Shown one piece after another: positions 39,456 to 49,691 of a DNA stretch of 61,687 nucleotides. Position numbers and translations under genes: made by a program. A model generated the notes under the pieces. It had not been told where the DNA came from, made no database searches, and saw only the letters and a program-made list of their open reading frames with translations. The number at the start of each line of letters is the position of its first letter. Position 1 is the stretch's first letter. Source of the stretch: a virus (taxonomy: Duplodnaviria; Caudoviricetes); IMG/VR virus record IMGVR_UViG_3300047476_001269, positions 1-61,687 of that record; one strand, given 5' to 3'.

Positions 39456-40852
39456 CCACAGAATACAACACAGAAGTACAACGACTGTTTCTTGAAATGA
39501 TGTTACACGACGCCGAATGCTATATTCGTGTGCAAAACATTTATAATGACGAAAATTTTGATCGTAGTCTTAGATCTGTGGCACGTTTTATTAAACAACA
39601 TGTAGACGAACACAAGAGTCTACCTACACTAGATCAGACACGAGCAGTCACTGGCACCGAACTCAATCCTATGCCAGACATGGGAGAAGGACAAACCAGC
39701 TGGTTCATGAAAGAGTTTGAACAGTTTACCAAACAAAAAGAACTAGAACGTGCTATTCTCAAAGCCGCAGACCTTCTAGAAAAGGGAGATTTCAATCCTG
39801 TGGAAAAACTGATCAAGGATGCTGTGCAGATCAGTATTACCAAGGATTTGGGCACAGATTTCTGGGCTGATCCCGAAGGCATGTTTGCCAAGTATTTTGA
39901 CGCAGGCGGACAGGTGAGCACAGGTTGGCCGCAGTTGGACAAACTGCTCTACGGTGGCTTTAGTCGCGGAGAACTAAACATCTTTGCAGGTGGATCGGGC
40001 TCGGGTAAATCCTTGGTTATGATGAACATTGCATTGAACTGGGTACAGGCAGGTTTGCATGGTGTGTACATCACACTGGAATTGAGCGAAGAACTCACAG
40101 GCTTGCGTACAGCGGCCATGCTGGCCAACATGAGTACCAAGGATATTCGCAAGGACAAAGAAACAGCAGCACTCAAGGTCAAAATGGTGGGCAAACGAGC
40201 AGGCAGTTATCAGGTCAAGGCACTGCCAGCGCAAAGCAACATCAATGACATTCGTGCTTTCTTGAAAGAATACCAGATACAAACCAATCGTAAAATTGAC
40301 TTTATTATGATTGATTATCTAGATCTGCTCATGCCAGTAAGTGCCAAGGTTAGCCCTAATGACTTGTTTGTTAAAGACAAATATGTAAGTGAAGAATTGC
40401 GTAATCTAAGCAAAGAGTTAGGCATACTCATGGTCACCGCTAGTCAGCTGAACCGTAGTGCTGTTGAGGAGATTGAATTTGATCACAGCCATATTTCCGG
40501 TGGTATCAGTAAGATTAACACAGCAGATAATGTGTTTGGTATCTTTACTTCACGTGCAATGCGTGAGCGTGGACGCTATCAAATACAGTGTATGAAGAGT
40601 CGTAGTTCCACAGGTGTGGGCATGAAAGTGGACTTGGAATACAATATTGAAACCATGCGTATCACTGACCCAGGAGAAGATGCAACTCCAGGTACATCGC
40701 ATCCGGATTCAATCATGAATAAAATCAAGATCAGCAGTAGAGTAACTGAAACCACAGATATGGAAACTGGAGAAGTTACACCTATAAAAGCTGATGCTAA
40801 TGGCAGCAAGCTCAAAAGCATGTTGGCAGGAATCAAAGCCAAGAGCGTTTAA
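39452..40852 (+). CDS. DnaB/gp41-like replicative helicase
   Basis: GGSGSGKS, ITLEL, IDYLDL, ASQLNR. Confidence 0.88.
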   Translation: MTTEYNTEVQRLFLEMMLHDAECYIRVQNIYNDENFDRSLRSVARFIKQHVDEHKSLPTLDQTRAVTGTELNPMPDMGEGQTSWFMKEFEQFTKQKELERAILKAADLLEKGDFNPVEKLIKDAVQISITKDLGTDFWADPEGMFAKYFDAGGQVSTGWPQLDKLLYGGFSRGELNIFAGGSGSGKSLVMMNIALNWVQAGLHGVYITLELSEELTGLRTAAMLANMSTKDIRKDKETAALKVKMVGKRAGSYQVKALPAQSNINDIRAFLKEYQIQTNRKIDFIMIDYLDLLMPVSAKVSPNDLFVKDKYVSEELRNLSKELGILMVTASQLNRSAVEEIEFDHSHISGGISKINTADNVFGIFTSRAMRERGRYQIQCMKSRSSTGVGMKVDLEYNIETMRITDPGEDATPGTSHPDSIMNKIKISSRVTETTDMETGEVTPIKADANGSKLKSMLAGIKAKSV

Positions 40853-40907
40853 AATGGATCCAGTTAGAACAGTCGGGCGCTAAATATACTAAGATCTGGA
40901 GTAAATC

Positions 40908-41171
40908 TTGCTTAAACGCACTCGCAGCATTTTAGATGAACTTGATAGCCATTTGATTACCAAGGACCGTGAGCACCTGCTGGAAAGCCGTGCTGGACAT
41001 GTGATACAAGGAGCTATCAATCTAATCAACATGATTAGAGAAAACTATGATGCAGACGCTGCTGCTGAATTAGAGCGCAGACTATTGAATAGTATCCGTG
41101 CGCAAGACCCCGCAAAGTTTACTCGAGGAGTACGGAGACTAAAAAGTGAAAACCCAACATCTAACGATTAA
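40908..41171 (+). CDS. Hypothetical late protein
   Basis: TAAATA 40881, GGAG, TTG start. Confidence 0.6.
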   Translation: MLKRTRSILDELDSHLITKDREHLLESRAGHVIQGAINLINMIRENYDADAAAELERRLLNSIRAQDPAKFTRGVRRLKSENPTSND

Positions 41172-43371
41172 CACTGCATTATACCAACACCCAGTATTTA
41201 GAGAATTTTACGAAGAGGTTCAACGCTGCAATCGTGTGCTTGCAGAAGCTCGCAAACGTTTGCTTACTGAAGATCAGCTGAATGCTCAGCAGATTGATCA
41301 GATTTTTAGACTGGTAGCAGATGGTGCCGCTGCTGGTAAAAACACCGACAGCGGCGAAGTTGATATGGGCAGCAATAAGACTGCACTTGGTAAGGTTACC
41401 GGTGCAGTGGGCGATGCTATGTCCAAGCTCAAAAGCAAATGGGAAAGTTTAAAGGACTGGGTGAGCAAGAGTGGCCCAGTACAAGGATTTGATGTGGCAT
41501 TTGATCAACTGCAAGGCAGCTTGTTAAATGCCATGGGCGGCGAGGGCGGCAAGGTTGCCAACGCCATGCAAAAGTATAGACAGTTTGCAGTTAAACACCC
41601 TGTGGCACAAGGATTTATTCTAGTTGCACTTGCAGCACTTGCAGGCACAGCCATGGGTGGCGGCGCAGCAGCAGTTGCTGGTGTGACCTTTGGAATTAGA
41701 ACCATTGATGCATTATTAAAAGGTCACAAGTTTAGTAGCAGTGTGTACAAAGGTGCAAAGGCCGCTGCGGTTATGACTGTTGCAAGTCTTGGTATAAATG
41801 CGATCATTGATAATTTTAATCCAGATCCAACACCGGGTCCTGGACCATCGCCAACACCAGATGTGCCACCAAGCCCAACACCAAGCCCAGACGTACCGCC
41901 ATCACCAGATGTACAACCTGTGCCAGATCTAACTCCAACAGACTATACCATTCGCGCCGGAGACACACTGAGTCAACTGGCTTCAGACAATGGTATTACT
42001 GTTCAGGACATCATGGATGCCAATCCAAACATTACTAATCCCAATGGCATGACCGATGCAGGTCGTTTGCTTCAACCGGGTGATACTATCAAGATACCAC
42101 AGTCCATGGACTTTAGTCCTCCTCCGGTATACGCAGGTGGTACAGGCACACTAGCAGACACCATTCAGAAAATGATGACCGGTCAATACAGCGGCGATGC
42201 CAATATTGCATTAAACGCTTTAAAGAATGACCCATCGCAATTAAAGTTATTAAGTCCAGAACAAGCAGCTTGGGCCAAATCTCAAATTACCAAACTGGCA
42301 GAGAGTGCCAGAAGAGTACAATGGATTGATCGTGATGCTACTGTTCGCACATGGGCACTGAATGAAAGCCTTGGTCGTACTAGAGGTGGTGTAATGCTTA
42401 CCGAAGCAGGCGTAAATGAAGTGTTCCGCAGAGTTGAAGAAGGTGTATGGGATAGTATCAAGAAAGGTGCTGGTGCAGTAGCCGGGGCAGTCGGTAACGC
42501 TGCCAAGAAAGGTTGGAATTCGGCCACCAACAAGATCACCTATGACAGTCTTGGCATGAACTGGCGTTCTATTAATCCTAACAGACTAAAAGGCAATGCC
42601 ACTGGCATGACTGCTGATAGCAGAGATATTGAAGTATTTTTGCGACGCCAAGGAGTTAAAGATCCTTTAATTTTCAGCGTGTACAAACAAATGGGTATTC
42701 CTATCAGCACCATTGCTACTACACAAGATGATACAGACGTGGCAGGACAACCGGCAGACGATAAAACACAAGCTCAAGCAACACAAGCAGCCGCTGGCAG
42801 CACAACTGCACAAGCAGGTGGTGCAGGAGCGACACAAGCAGGTGGTGACAAGGTTGGAGATGCAAATGATCTTATTAGAGACCTTGAGGCAGACCAAGCT
42901 AGAAAAGCAGCAGGTGGAGCAGCAAAAACTGGTACCGCAGGCGCTGGTAGTTCTTCTCAAGCCAAGAATCCTTATGCATATGATTATGCAGCAGCGGCTA
43001 AAATAGCAGGTATTAAACCAGCGGCTGCTAAACCTGACTATAGCAAGATGATGCCAGGATACAGCAGTCAGAAGATGACTATGAAAACTCCTACAGCAGC
43101 AAAACCAGCAGCAGCCGCCCCAGTTACAGGCAAACCAGGAGTGCAAGGTGCGGTACCCAAGACACAAGCACCGGCGCAACAGACAGCAAGTGCTGCAACT
43201 GAAAAAGAGCTAGATGATTTTGTAAAAGCCTCAGATGAGTTAGCTAATTACGCAAAAAATCAGCAAGTCGCCGCAGAAGGTCGTCGCATGTATGGTGGCA
43301 AGTACATTCGTGAAAGTGCAGCACAACGAACTGCACGTGAGTTTGAACACTATCTAAAAAATCTAGGCTAA
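41146..43371 (+). CDS. LysM-domain protein with hydrophobic helices, Pro-rich linker and Ala-rich tail
   Basis: YTIRAGDTLSQLA...IMDANPNI...LQPGDTIKIP. Confidence 0.7.
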   Translation: MKTQHLTINTALYQHPVFREFYEEVQRCNRVLAEARKRLLTEDQLNAQQIDQIFRLVADGAAAGKNTDSGEVDMGSNKTALGKVTGAVGDAMSKLKSKWESLKDWVSKSGPVQGFDVAFDQLQGSLLNAMGGEGGKVANAMQKYRQFAVKHPVAQGFILVALAALAGTAMGGGAAAVAGVTFGIRTIDALLKGHKFSSSVYKGAKAAAVMTVASLGINAIIDNFNPDPTPGPGPSPTPDVPPSPTPSPDVPPSPDVQPVPDLTPTDYTIRAGDTLSQLASDNGITVQDIMDANPNITNPNGMTDAGRLLQPGDTIKIPQSMDFSPPPVYAGGTGTLADTIQKMMTGQYSGDANIALNALKNDPSQLKLLSPEQAAWAKSQITKLAESARRVQWIDRDATVRTWALNESLGRTRGGVMLTEAGVNEVFRRVEEGVWDSIKKGAGAVAGAVGNAAKKGWNSATNKITYDSLGMNWRSINPNRLKGNATGMTADSRDIEVFLRRQGVKDPLIFSVYKQMGIPISTIATTQDDTDVAGQPADDKTQAQATQAAAGSTTAQAGGAGATQAGGDKVGDANDLIRDLEADQARKAAGGAAKTGTAGAGSSSQAKNPYAYDYAAAAKIAGIKPAAAKPDYSKMMPGYSSQKMTMKTPTAAKPAAAAPVTGKPGVQGAVPKTQAPAQQTASAATEKELDDFVKASDELANYAKNQQVAAEGRRMYGGKYIRESAAQRTAREFEHYLKNLG

Positions 43372-43372
43372 C

Positions 43373-44470
43373 ATGCGAGTACGTGAAATCATTCTAGAAG
43401 GCGGCAATGTGCAGATTGGCACACAATCTGCACAGCGTCTAGACCTAAAAAAACTCAAACGAGATCAACTGATACCTGTATTGGATCAACTGCTACAGGC
43501 TATCAATGTTGGTTTTGCTAAGATGCACAAGAAACCGCTATGGAGTCCAAGATTGGTTGCTAGCCGTAAGTTTTTAAGTGGCAGTGCGTTTCATTTTTTT
43601 AATGTAGCAGGCATTCCTAGTGATCAATTTGTTAAATTCAAACCCACAGTAGGCGATATAGACACACAAGTTGATCAAACTCTACTGGAACCTGCCAAAC
43701 AGTTTTTGGATGCTGCTACCGGCAAACAGTTTGGTCCTGCCACATTGATAGGATACAAGGCCAGTGTAGAACAGTTGATCACATTGTGGGCTTTCAGCGA
43801 TCCTCCGGTAAATGTGCAAATTGATCTAGAGTTTGTAGAATATGAAGGCGATGAACCAACAGAATGGGCACAGTTCAGTCACAGCAGTGCATGGAATGAT
43901 ATCGAAGCAGGTATTAAAGGAGTGTTCCACAAGTACCTATTACGAGCACTTAGCACACCCAGTCTACGTGATGTTGTAATTCTCAGTGGTAAGAAGGAAA
44001 CTCCTAAAATAGTTAAAACTACCGACCTTGCATTTGCAGTAACTCGTGGGTTGCGATATAAACTTCGTCCAGTAATGGATGGCAATGTGCAAAGAGAAAT
44101 GGATGGTCTCAAAGTATACAAAGAAATTCCTACCAAGGAAAGTACATATGAAACCAACCTGTACATAATTGCCAAGATATTCTTTGGTAACCAATTTGAT
44201 GCTGATGATATAGAAAAGTTTTGGAGTTATTTAGGTACACTAGAACTGGTTAAAAAATATTTTGATAAATCTCAGCAGGCGGCTGTAATAACAGGATTTG
44301 TTTACACACTGTTTGGACCAGGTGCACAGGAACTGTATCGTGGCGATCCTGAACAGGATGCTCAGGATAAAAATGCTGCACTAGATATCATGGTTAAAAC
44401 ACTTGGCGTTCCTTACGATAAAAAATCAGTTGATGCCATGCGCAAAGACTATTATTCCACTCAAACATGA
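43373..44470 (+). CDS. Pol-beta-superfamily nucleotidyltransferase-like protein
   Basis: LSGSA...GDIDTQVD...VQIDL. Confidence 0.55.
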   Translation: MRVREIILEGGNVQIGTQSAQRLDLKKLKRDQLIPVLDQLLQAINVGFAKMHKKPLWSPRLVASRKFLSGSAFHFFNVAGIPSDQFVKFKPTVGDIDTQVDQTLLEPAKQFLDAATGKQFGPATLIGYKASVEQLITLWAFSDPPVNVQIDLEFVEYEGDEPTEWAQFSHSSAWNDIEAGIKGVFHKYLLRALSTPSLRDVVILSGKKETPKIVKTTDLAFAVTRGLRYKLRPVMDGNVQREMDGLKVYKEIPTKESTYETNLYIIAKIFFGNQFDADDIEKFWSYLGTLELVKKYFDKSQQAAVITGFVYTLFGPGAQELYRGDPEQDAQDKNAALDIMVKTLGVPYDKKSVDAMRKDYYSTQT

Positions 44471-45948
44471 TGTTTAATATAGACAGTTTGTTTTTTGAAA
44501 GTGAAGTTGCGGCCACAACAAGGTCAAACATGCTACACCTGCAAAAAATGACCGACACTGCATTTGTACAGTTTGTACAAGACGTAAAACAAAATCTTCA
44601 AGGCAAGTTGCAAGGCATCCCTGTAAGTCTCAAGGTTGATGGTCTGGGTGCAAGATTTGGACGTGACAGTACAGGACGTCCTTTCTTTGAAGGCAGTCGT
44701 ACAGGTGCTATCTTTGAGCCGGGTGCATTCAGCAAGTATACAGCATCCAAAGGTGGCACTCCTGAAATGATTTCTCGTGCGCAACACTACGATGATATTT
44801 TTGATACTATTACCAAGAGTAATTTTATTAAGACTCTTCCCAAGGATACCAAGATAGTTTGCGAGATATTCTACAATCCACTTGGTGAGATGGTTGAAGG
44901 GGGTATAAAATTTGTAAACATTGCATACGATCCTAGTCGTTTGGGCCAACTGATGACCATTGTGCCATTCAAAGCCTTGCTGGCTAGCACAGGAGAAACA
45001 CACCCTAACAGTGATCTCATCATAGACTCACTGTTTCAGCAGAGTACTCAACAGATTAAATTTGTAGACACCCGACTGGAAATTAAAGGCAGCATTGATA
45101 TTAGCACTGTGGTGGATCCGGTGACCAGTCTGGATGCTCAGGCTATTGCTACATTAAACAGTCGTAAACATAGTGATGCAGATGCCAAGGCTTATCTTAA
45201 ACAGATTGTGCAACAAACCAAAGAATCCCTGGCAGATTTTATTTTAACCAATCCACAAATAGTAGATCGTTTCAAACTAGGACCTAATATAGAAGGTATT
45301 GTATTGAATATCAATGGTAGAGACATTAAGGTAACTACCAGCGAATTCAAGCAGGCAATTGCAGCCAAAAGAGCACAGACAAATGAAAGCACAGGTTTTT
45401 TACAAGAGCTCGTGGAAGCCAGAATGTTTGTGTATCCCGAAAATCTCAAAGGCAAAGACGCTGTGACCATGTCCAGATTGTTATTTTGCAGTTTGTTGGC
45501 CTTGGAAATTCTGCGATATGAAAATGAATACAAAGCACAAGAGTACGTGAACCGTACTATGACATTTAATGATTTTGATCATTTGCGCCCTAGTGCTACA
45601 GATCTAGCCAATTTGATTTCAGTTGTGTCCAATCAAGATCGTTATTTAGATGGTGTTAAAACCAAGATAGGTTTGTATGCACCTGAGCTACAGATAAAAG
45701 CACATCTAAGAACTTTTGCAGGAGCAAAAAATGATACTTCAAGAATAAGACAGTTTTTGTTGAAACTTGATGATGCTCTAATGATTGCCGGCGCAGACCT
45801 GCGTCAAGCTCGTAGAATCATAGGTGATTGGGAAAGAGCCAGCGAAGGTGAAAAGAAAGCGGCATGGGCTACATTAACTAGGGTTTTTATTAGTCACGGT
45901 TCACAGCTGGATATCTATCTGTTGGCAAAGCAATTTTTCATATTCTAA
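44467..45948 (+). CDS. Two-domain protein with N-terminal ATP-dependent ligase-like domain
   Basis: SLKVDG (KxDG), CEIF, EGIVL, IKV; separate helical C-terminal domain. Confidence 0.5.
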   Translation: MMFNIDSLFFESEVAATTRSNMLHLQKMTDTAFVQFVQDVKQNLQGKLQGIPVSLKVDGLGARFGRDSTGRPFFEGSRTGAIFEPGAFSKYTASKGGTPEMISRAQHYDDIFDTITKSNFIKTLPKDTKIVCEIFYNPLGEMVEGGIKFVNIAYDPSRLGQLMTIVPFKALLASTGETHPNSDLIIDSLFQQSTQQIKFVDTRLEIKGSIDISTVVDPVTSLDAQAIATLNSRKHSDADAKAYLKQIVQQTKESLADFILTNPQIVDRFKLGPNIEGIVLNINGRDIKVTTSEFKQAIAAKRAQTNESTGFLQELVEARMFVYPENLKGKDAVTMSRLLFCSLLALEILRYENEYKAQEYVNRTMTFNDFDHLRPSATDLANLISVVSNQDRYLDGVKTKIGLYAPELQIKAHLRTFAGAKNDTSRIRQFLLKLDDALMIAGADLRQARRIIGDWERASEGEKKAAWATLTRVFISHGSQLDIYLLAKQFFIF

Positions 45949-46017
45949 TCAACAGATTTAATTTCCAAATCATAAATATTTACAAGCGTAACACGCTAAA
46001 CTTATAGGAGAAATAAA

Positions 46018-46425
46018 ATGCCAGCAATTGGAGTAACAAGAGTCCACGGCGGTGTGGGCGTAGAGGGTGCAATCAACGGCGAAGCCGGTACCCAACTAGG
46101 TGGTAGTCTTTCATTCTACCACATTCAAGTACGTGGCGCAGGTCTAACAGCAGTTGATGTGCGTCCAGAAATGGCAGCCAACCCAGACGGCGGCTTAGGA
46201 CTAGGTGTAGAAGCGATTCTGCGCAGTTCACCACAAGGTATCTTGGCCTACAATGTAGCCAATACAGCCAATGGTAACATCTATATCATCACTGATGGTG
46301 TTAACAGTCCAACAGCAGCTGAACTACAAACCACAATTCGTAACCTAGGTACATCAGTTGGTACCAACGGTATTGATGTAAGTGGTAGCCTAGTAACCAA
46401 GGGTACAGGTTTCGTAGTATCTTAA
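46018..46425 (+). CDS. Putative virion protein
   Basis: Late promoter 45973, TAGGAG RBS, own terminator. Confidence 0.6.
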   Translation: MPAIGVTRVHGGVGVEGAINGEAGTQLGGSLSFYHIQVRGAGLTAVDVRPEMAANPDGGLGLGVEAILRSSPQGILAYNVANTANGNIYIITDGVNSPTAAELQTTIRNLGTSVGTNGIDVSGSLVTKGTGFVVS

Positions 46426-46452
46426 TTTACGTTTGCAGTTATTAAGAACAAC

Positions 46453-46478
46453 AAAGGCACTTTCATAGTGCCTTTTTT
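46453..46478 (+). terminator. Intrinsic terminator
   Basis: AAAGGCAC-TTTCATA-GTGCCTTT-TTT. Confidence 0.8.
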
Positions 46479-46496
46479 GTTGACATAAGTAATAGT

Positions 46497-46931
46497 ATGC
46501 AACCATATACTTTCTTTTCAGGTTACACTCTAGTTGATATCACAGAAACAGGTATCACCAGAGATCGTAACAATCAGGAACTAGAGCGCAATCAACAGCG
46601 TAATTGGGAAACTGTGTTGCAGTGTATAGGACTTCGTGCTCAACCCATGCACATGGTAACCAAGTACGAAACAACTGACCTTGATTATTATGAATTTGGC
46701 GAAATGTATAAAGGCCAGCACCGTGTGTGGAGTTTTGCTTTCACTGTAGAACATGAAAATGTTTTTAAGAAAAACCAGGATCAATTGTATTATCTAGATC
46801 AAAGTTTTGATCAAGTGCCTGTGATTACAGGGTTAAACGAAACAGCTCGTTTTATACTGCCAATTTTTTACACAGCAGGTGCCATTAAAAATATATACTT
46901 TAAAATAGAACGAATTAGTGTAAATAACTAA
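46497..46931 (+). CDS. Hypothetical protein
   Basis: TAAGTA 5 nt upstream; TLVDITETG and RNQQRNWET. Confidence 0.65.
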   Translation: MQPYTFFSGYTLVDITETGITRDRNNQELERNQQRNWETVLQCIGLRAQPMHMVTKYETTDLDYYEFGEMYKGQHRVWSFAFTVEHENVFKKNQDQLYYLDQSFDQVPVITGLNETARFILPIFYTAGAIKNIYFKIERISVNN

Positions 46932-47018
46932 CGTGATGCGCAGGCATTTCTTAGGCACCCATTATGGCTCATATCAAGGCAGTTATTTGCATCCTCTAAT
47001 ATAATAGGAGTAGTTGTA

Positions 47019-47276
47019 GTGGCGACCGCAATTGAAAAAGAAAACCTAGAAGCACACGTTGAGCTGTGCGCGGAAAGGTATGCTAAATTGGAAACAAAAT
47101 TAGAAACAGTAGAAAAGAAAGTGGAAGCCCTGGAAGAGCATATCATCGCCATCAAGGAAACACTGGCTGGTGCTGGGGAAAAACAAAGCAAGCAGATAAT
47201 CGCCATTGGAACAGCAATTATCACAGTGCTGATAACAGGTATAATCACACTAACTATAAATTTTATTAACAAATGA
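47019..47276 (+). CDS. Coiled-coil plus C-terminal TM protein (XhlA/holin-like architecture)
   Basis: TAGGAG RBS, GTG start; LEAHVELCAERY coil then hydrophobic helix. Confidence 0.55.
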   Translation: MATAIEKENLEAHVELCAERYAKLETKLETVEKKVEALEEHIIAIKETLAGAGEKQSKQIIAIGTAIITVLITGIITLTINFINK

Positions 47277-47482
47277 AAATTATAGAACTAGTAAACCAAA
47301 TAAAAGTTCCAATTACCAACGAGGAGCACGATCTCATGCTCCTGTTTAGAAATCAAGATCAAGTGAATCGCAAGGATCTCAATGAAAGACAAGTACAGAT
47401 TGCTAATAACCTAGTGATCAAGGATGTACTTTATCGTAAAAATCAAGATGGCAAAATCACGTACTTCAAAAAAACGAATTAA
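47273..47482 (+). CDS. Hypothetical protein
   Basis: ATGA coupling. Confidence 0.6.
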   Translation: MKIIELVNQIKVPITNEEHDLMLLFRNQDQVNRKDLNERQVQIANNLVIKDVLYRKNQDGKITYFKKTN

Positions 47483-47984
47483 ACATTTGGCCTATCGCAT
47501 GGCCGAAGCAGAAGTTGTAGAAAATCTTTTAAATTATTATCTTACCTGGTGGACCAAACAAGAAATACAAAATCTTGTAAAACAAGGCAATCTGGTGATT
47601 CTTCCATTAGAAAATAATGGACTGCAAGTAGCACATTTTAAAATTTTACCGTACCATAAGATATGGAAAGTGATAAACTTTAGAAGTAGTCAAGAATTGT
47701 GTTTTAATGAAAAGCTCTCTGCATTGTTCTACTGCTTGTATGAGCATAAAAAAATGTATCGTAGCAGTGCAGAACTGTTATTACAAGATACCCTACTGGG
47801 CAAGTTGGAAAATGACGAACAGTTTTACCGGCATAAGTATACGATAGCTCTAAAAAAGCAAGACTGTTTCAAGCAAGATCTGTGGGAAGCACGTTTGAGT
47901 TTTACAGCACCACACGTGAATCTAGCCAGAGAACAATTGCAGAAAATGATCAAAAGAGCTAAATACATTAAAATTTGGGACTAA
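47448..47984 (+). CDS. Hypothetical protein
   Basis: ORF in operon; start uncertain. Confidence 0.55.
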   Translation: MAKSRTSKKRIKHLAYRMAEAEVVENLLNYYLTWWTKQEIQNLVKQGNLVILPLENNGLQVAHFKILPYHKIWKVINFRSSQELCFNEKLSALFYCLYEHKKMYRSSAELLLQDTLLGKLENDEQFYRHKYTIALKKQDCFKQDLWEARLSFTAPHVNLAREQLQKMIKRAKYIKIWD

Positions 47985-47988
47985 CACC

Positions 47989-48675
47989 ATGCGATTACAA
48001 GAACTAGGCGGTAAAATTACAGCCAAACGTATTAACAAAATCAATGAAAGCCGTTTTGGTTTTAACATTGATTTTGACAAACTCACAGTGGCCAAAGCCA
48101 AAGTTTTGGCACGTGCGCTAAGTGAAAATCTAGACCGTCTACGCCGTAGCTACGGTTTGCACACAGCAGAAAAAAATCCAAAGTACATGGAAATGCTCAT
48201 GGTGCGAGAAGGACTGGTTCGCTGGGTTGACGAGCGTCGTGCTCTAACCGAAAGCGAAATGGGCAAATCAGAAGCTATTCTAGCTGCCAAGGACATGGTA
48301 GATTCAATTCAGGACATGATTGAAGATGTGAGTCGCATGCAGAATGAACAAATGCCTGCGCTGATTGACACAATCCGTGATCAAATTGGCAGCGAGCAAG
48401 CTGACATGTTTAAGAGCCAAGTAGGCGGTGTACTAGGCACAATCCTACAACAGCTAACTGATGCACGTGAACAAACTGACAACGCTGCACGTGGATTGGC
48501 CGGCGAAGGTTCTCCTGATATGGGCATGGGTAGTGCAGATATGGGTGCAATGCCTGGAGCAGCACCTACAATGGGCCCAGGCAGCGACATGGACAGCGAA
48601 ATACCCGGCGATGAATTTGGCGCAACAGATGCTGCCGCAGGCGGCGATCTAGGCCTAGGCAGAGAAAAACGCTAA
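47989..48675 (+). CDS. Putative head/scaffold-associated helical protein
   Basis: TAAATA 47960; LTESE; acidic Gly/Met-rich tail ending GREKR. Confidence 0.5.
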   Translation: MRLQELGGKITAKRINKINESRFGFNIDFDKLTVAKAKVLARALSENLDRLRRSYGLHTAEKNPKYMEMLMVREGLVRWVDERRALTESEMGKSEAILAAKDMVDSIQDMIEDVSRMQNEQMPALIDTIRDQIGSEQADMFKSQVGGVLGTILQQLTDAREQTDNAARGLAGEGSPDMGMGSADMGAMPGAAPTMGPGSDMDSEIPGDEFGATDAAAGGDLGLGREKR

Positions 48676-48676
48676 C

Positions 48677-49057
48677 ATGCGAATCTGCGAGTTGCACGAA
48701 AGCACAGATGGTGATGCTAACCTCATCACCATTTTGCAATTTTTACGCAACAGAAGTCATAATAAAAAAATCACTCCAACGATCAATACACAGAGTTTGA
48801 TCAACATGGTTAAAAATCAAGGTGGATCTGAATGGTTCACTTATGATAATCTTGTTGCAGCTCAAACAGCCAATCCAGCAGTGTCTGGTTTGATCAAAAG
48901 TCTAGACAATGAAAAAGTCACCCTCAATGGATTTGGCGATGAAATTGACGCCAGTGAAGTGGACAAAGCACAGGCCGGCAAGAATCAAGCTAAAACACCA
49001 GACCCACAGAAAACTGTAAGTGCAATGGCCAAACGTGCCGCTGCCAATCGCTCTTAA
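48677..49057 (+). CDS. Hypothetical late protein
   Basis: MRICEL N-terminus; ends TVSAMAKRAA. Confidence 0.6.
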   Translation: MRICELHESTDGDANLITILQFLRNRSHNKKITPTINTQSLINMVKNQGGSEWFTYDNLVAAQTANPAVSGLIKSLDNEKVTLNGFGDEIDASEVDKAQAGKNQAKTPDPQKTVSAMAKRAAANRS

Positions 49058-49091
49058 CCCGCAAGCAAGTGCGCCAATCATAAATACTTGT

Positions 49092-49691
49092 ATGAAACAC
49101 AAGTATAATAAAATTAAAAATTGTTTATTCTGCAATCAAGAATTCTATACACGCCCTAGGTTTGTAGATTATTGTTCTCAGAAATGTAAGAATCCTTTGA
49201 ATAGAGGAGAATATGATCCTTGGAATAAAGGTAAAAAACTTACAGAAGAACAAAAAGCAAAATTAAACACAGACGGACTTAAAAAAGGGTGGGGGTGGAA
49301 TAAAGGACGGCCTAACGAGGTAGCTCGTCGTCGTATGTTGTTGGACAATCCAAATAAAGATGGCAAAGTAAATAATGCTAGACCTAAAAAGCCTTGTAAT
49401 GATAAGTTAAAACAGTATAGAGGATTAGTCAGACGGGCAACTTACCGAACACTAAAAGAAATGAAGAACAATGGCGAATGGGTTCCAACAACAGGAAAAG
49501 GCCCAGACGATTGGCAAGTTGATCATATAATACCGCACAAACAAGGATATGATTTAGGTATTGATCCTGCTTTACTTGGAAGTAAAAATAATATACAATT
49601 TCTTAAAGGTAAAGAAAACAGAAAAAAATGGGATTCATATCAGACTTTAGAAATAGTTGAATTAATTACTGGAGGAAAATATGGCGTATAG
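49092..49691 (+). mobile_element. Free-standing HNH homing endonuclease with NUMOD3-like repeats
   Basis: CLFC...YCSQKC; PWNKGK and GWNKGR; WQVDHIIP...N...NRKK; own TAAATA promoter; overlaps the iscU start. Confidence 0.75.
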
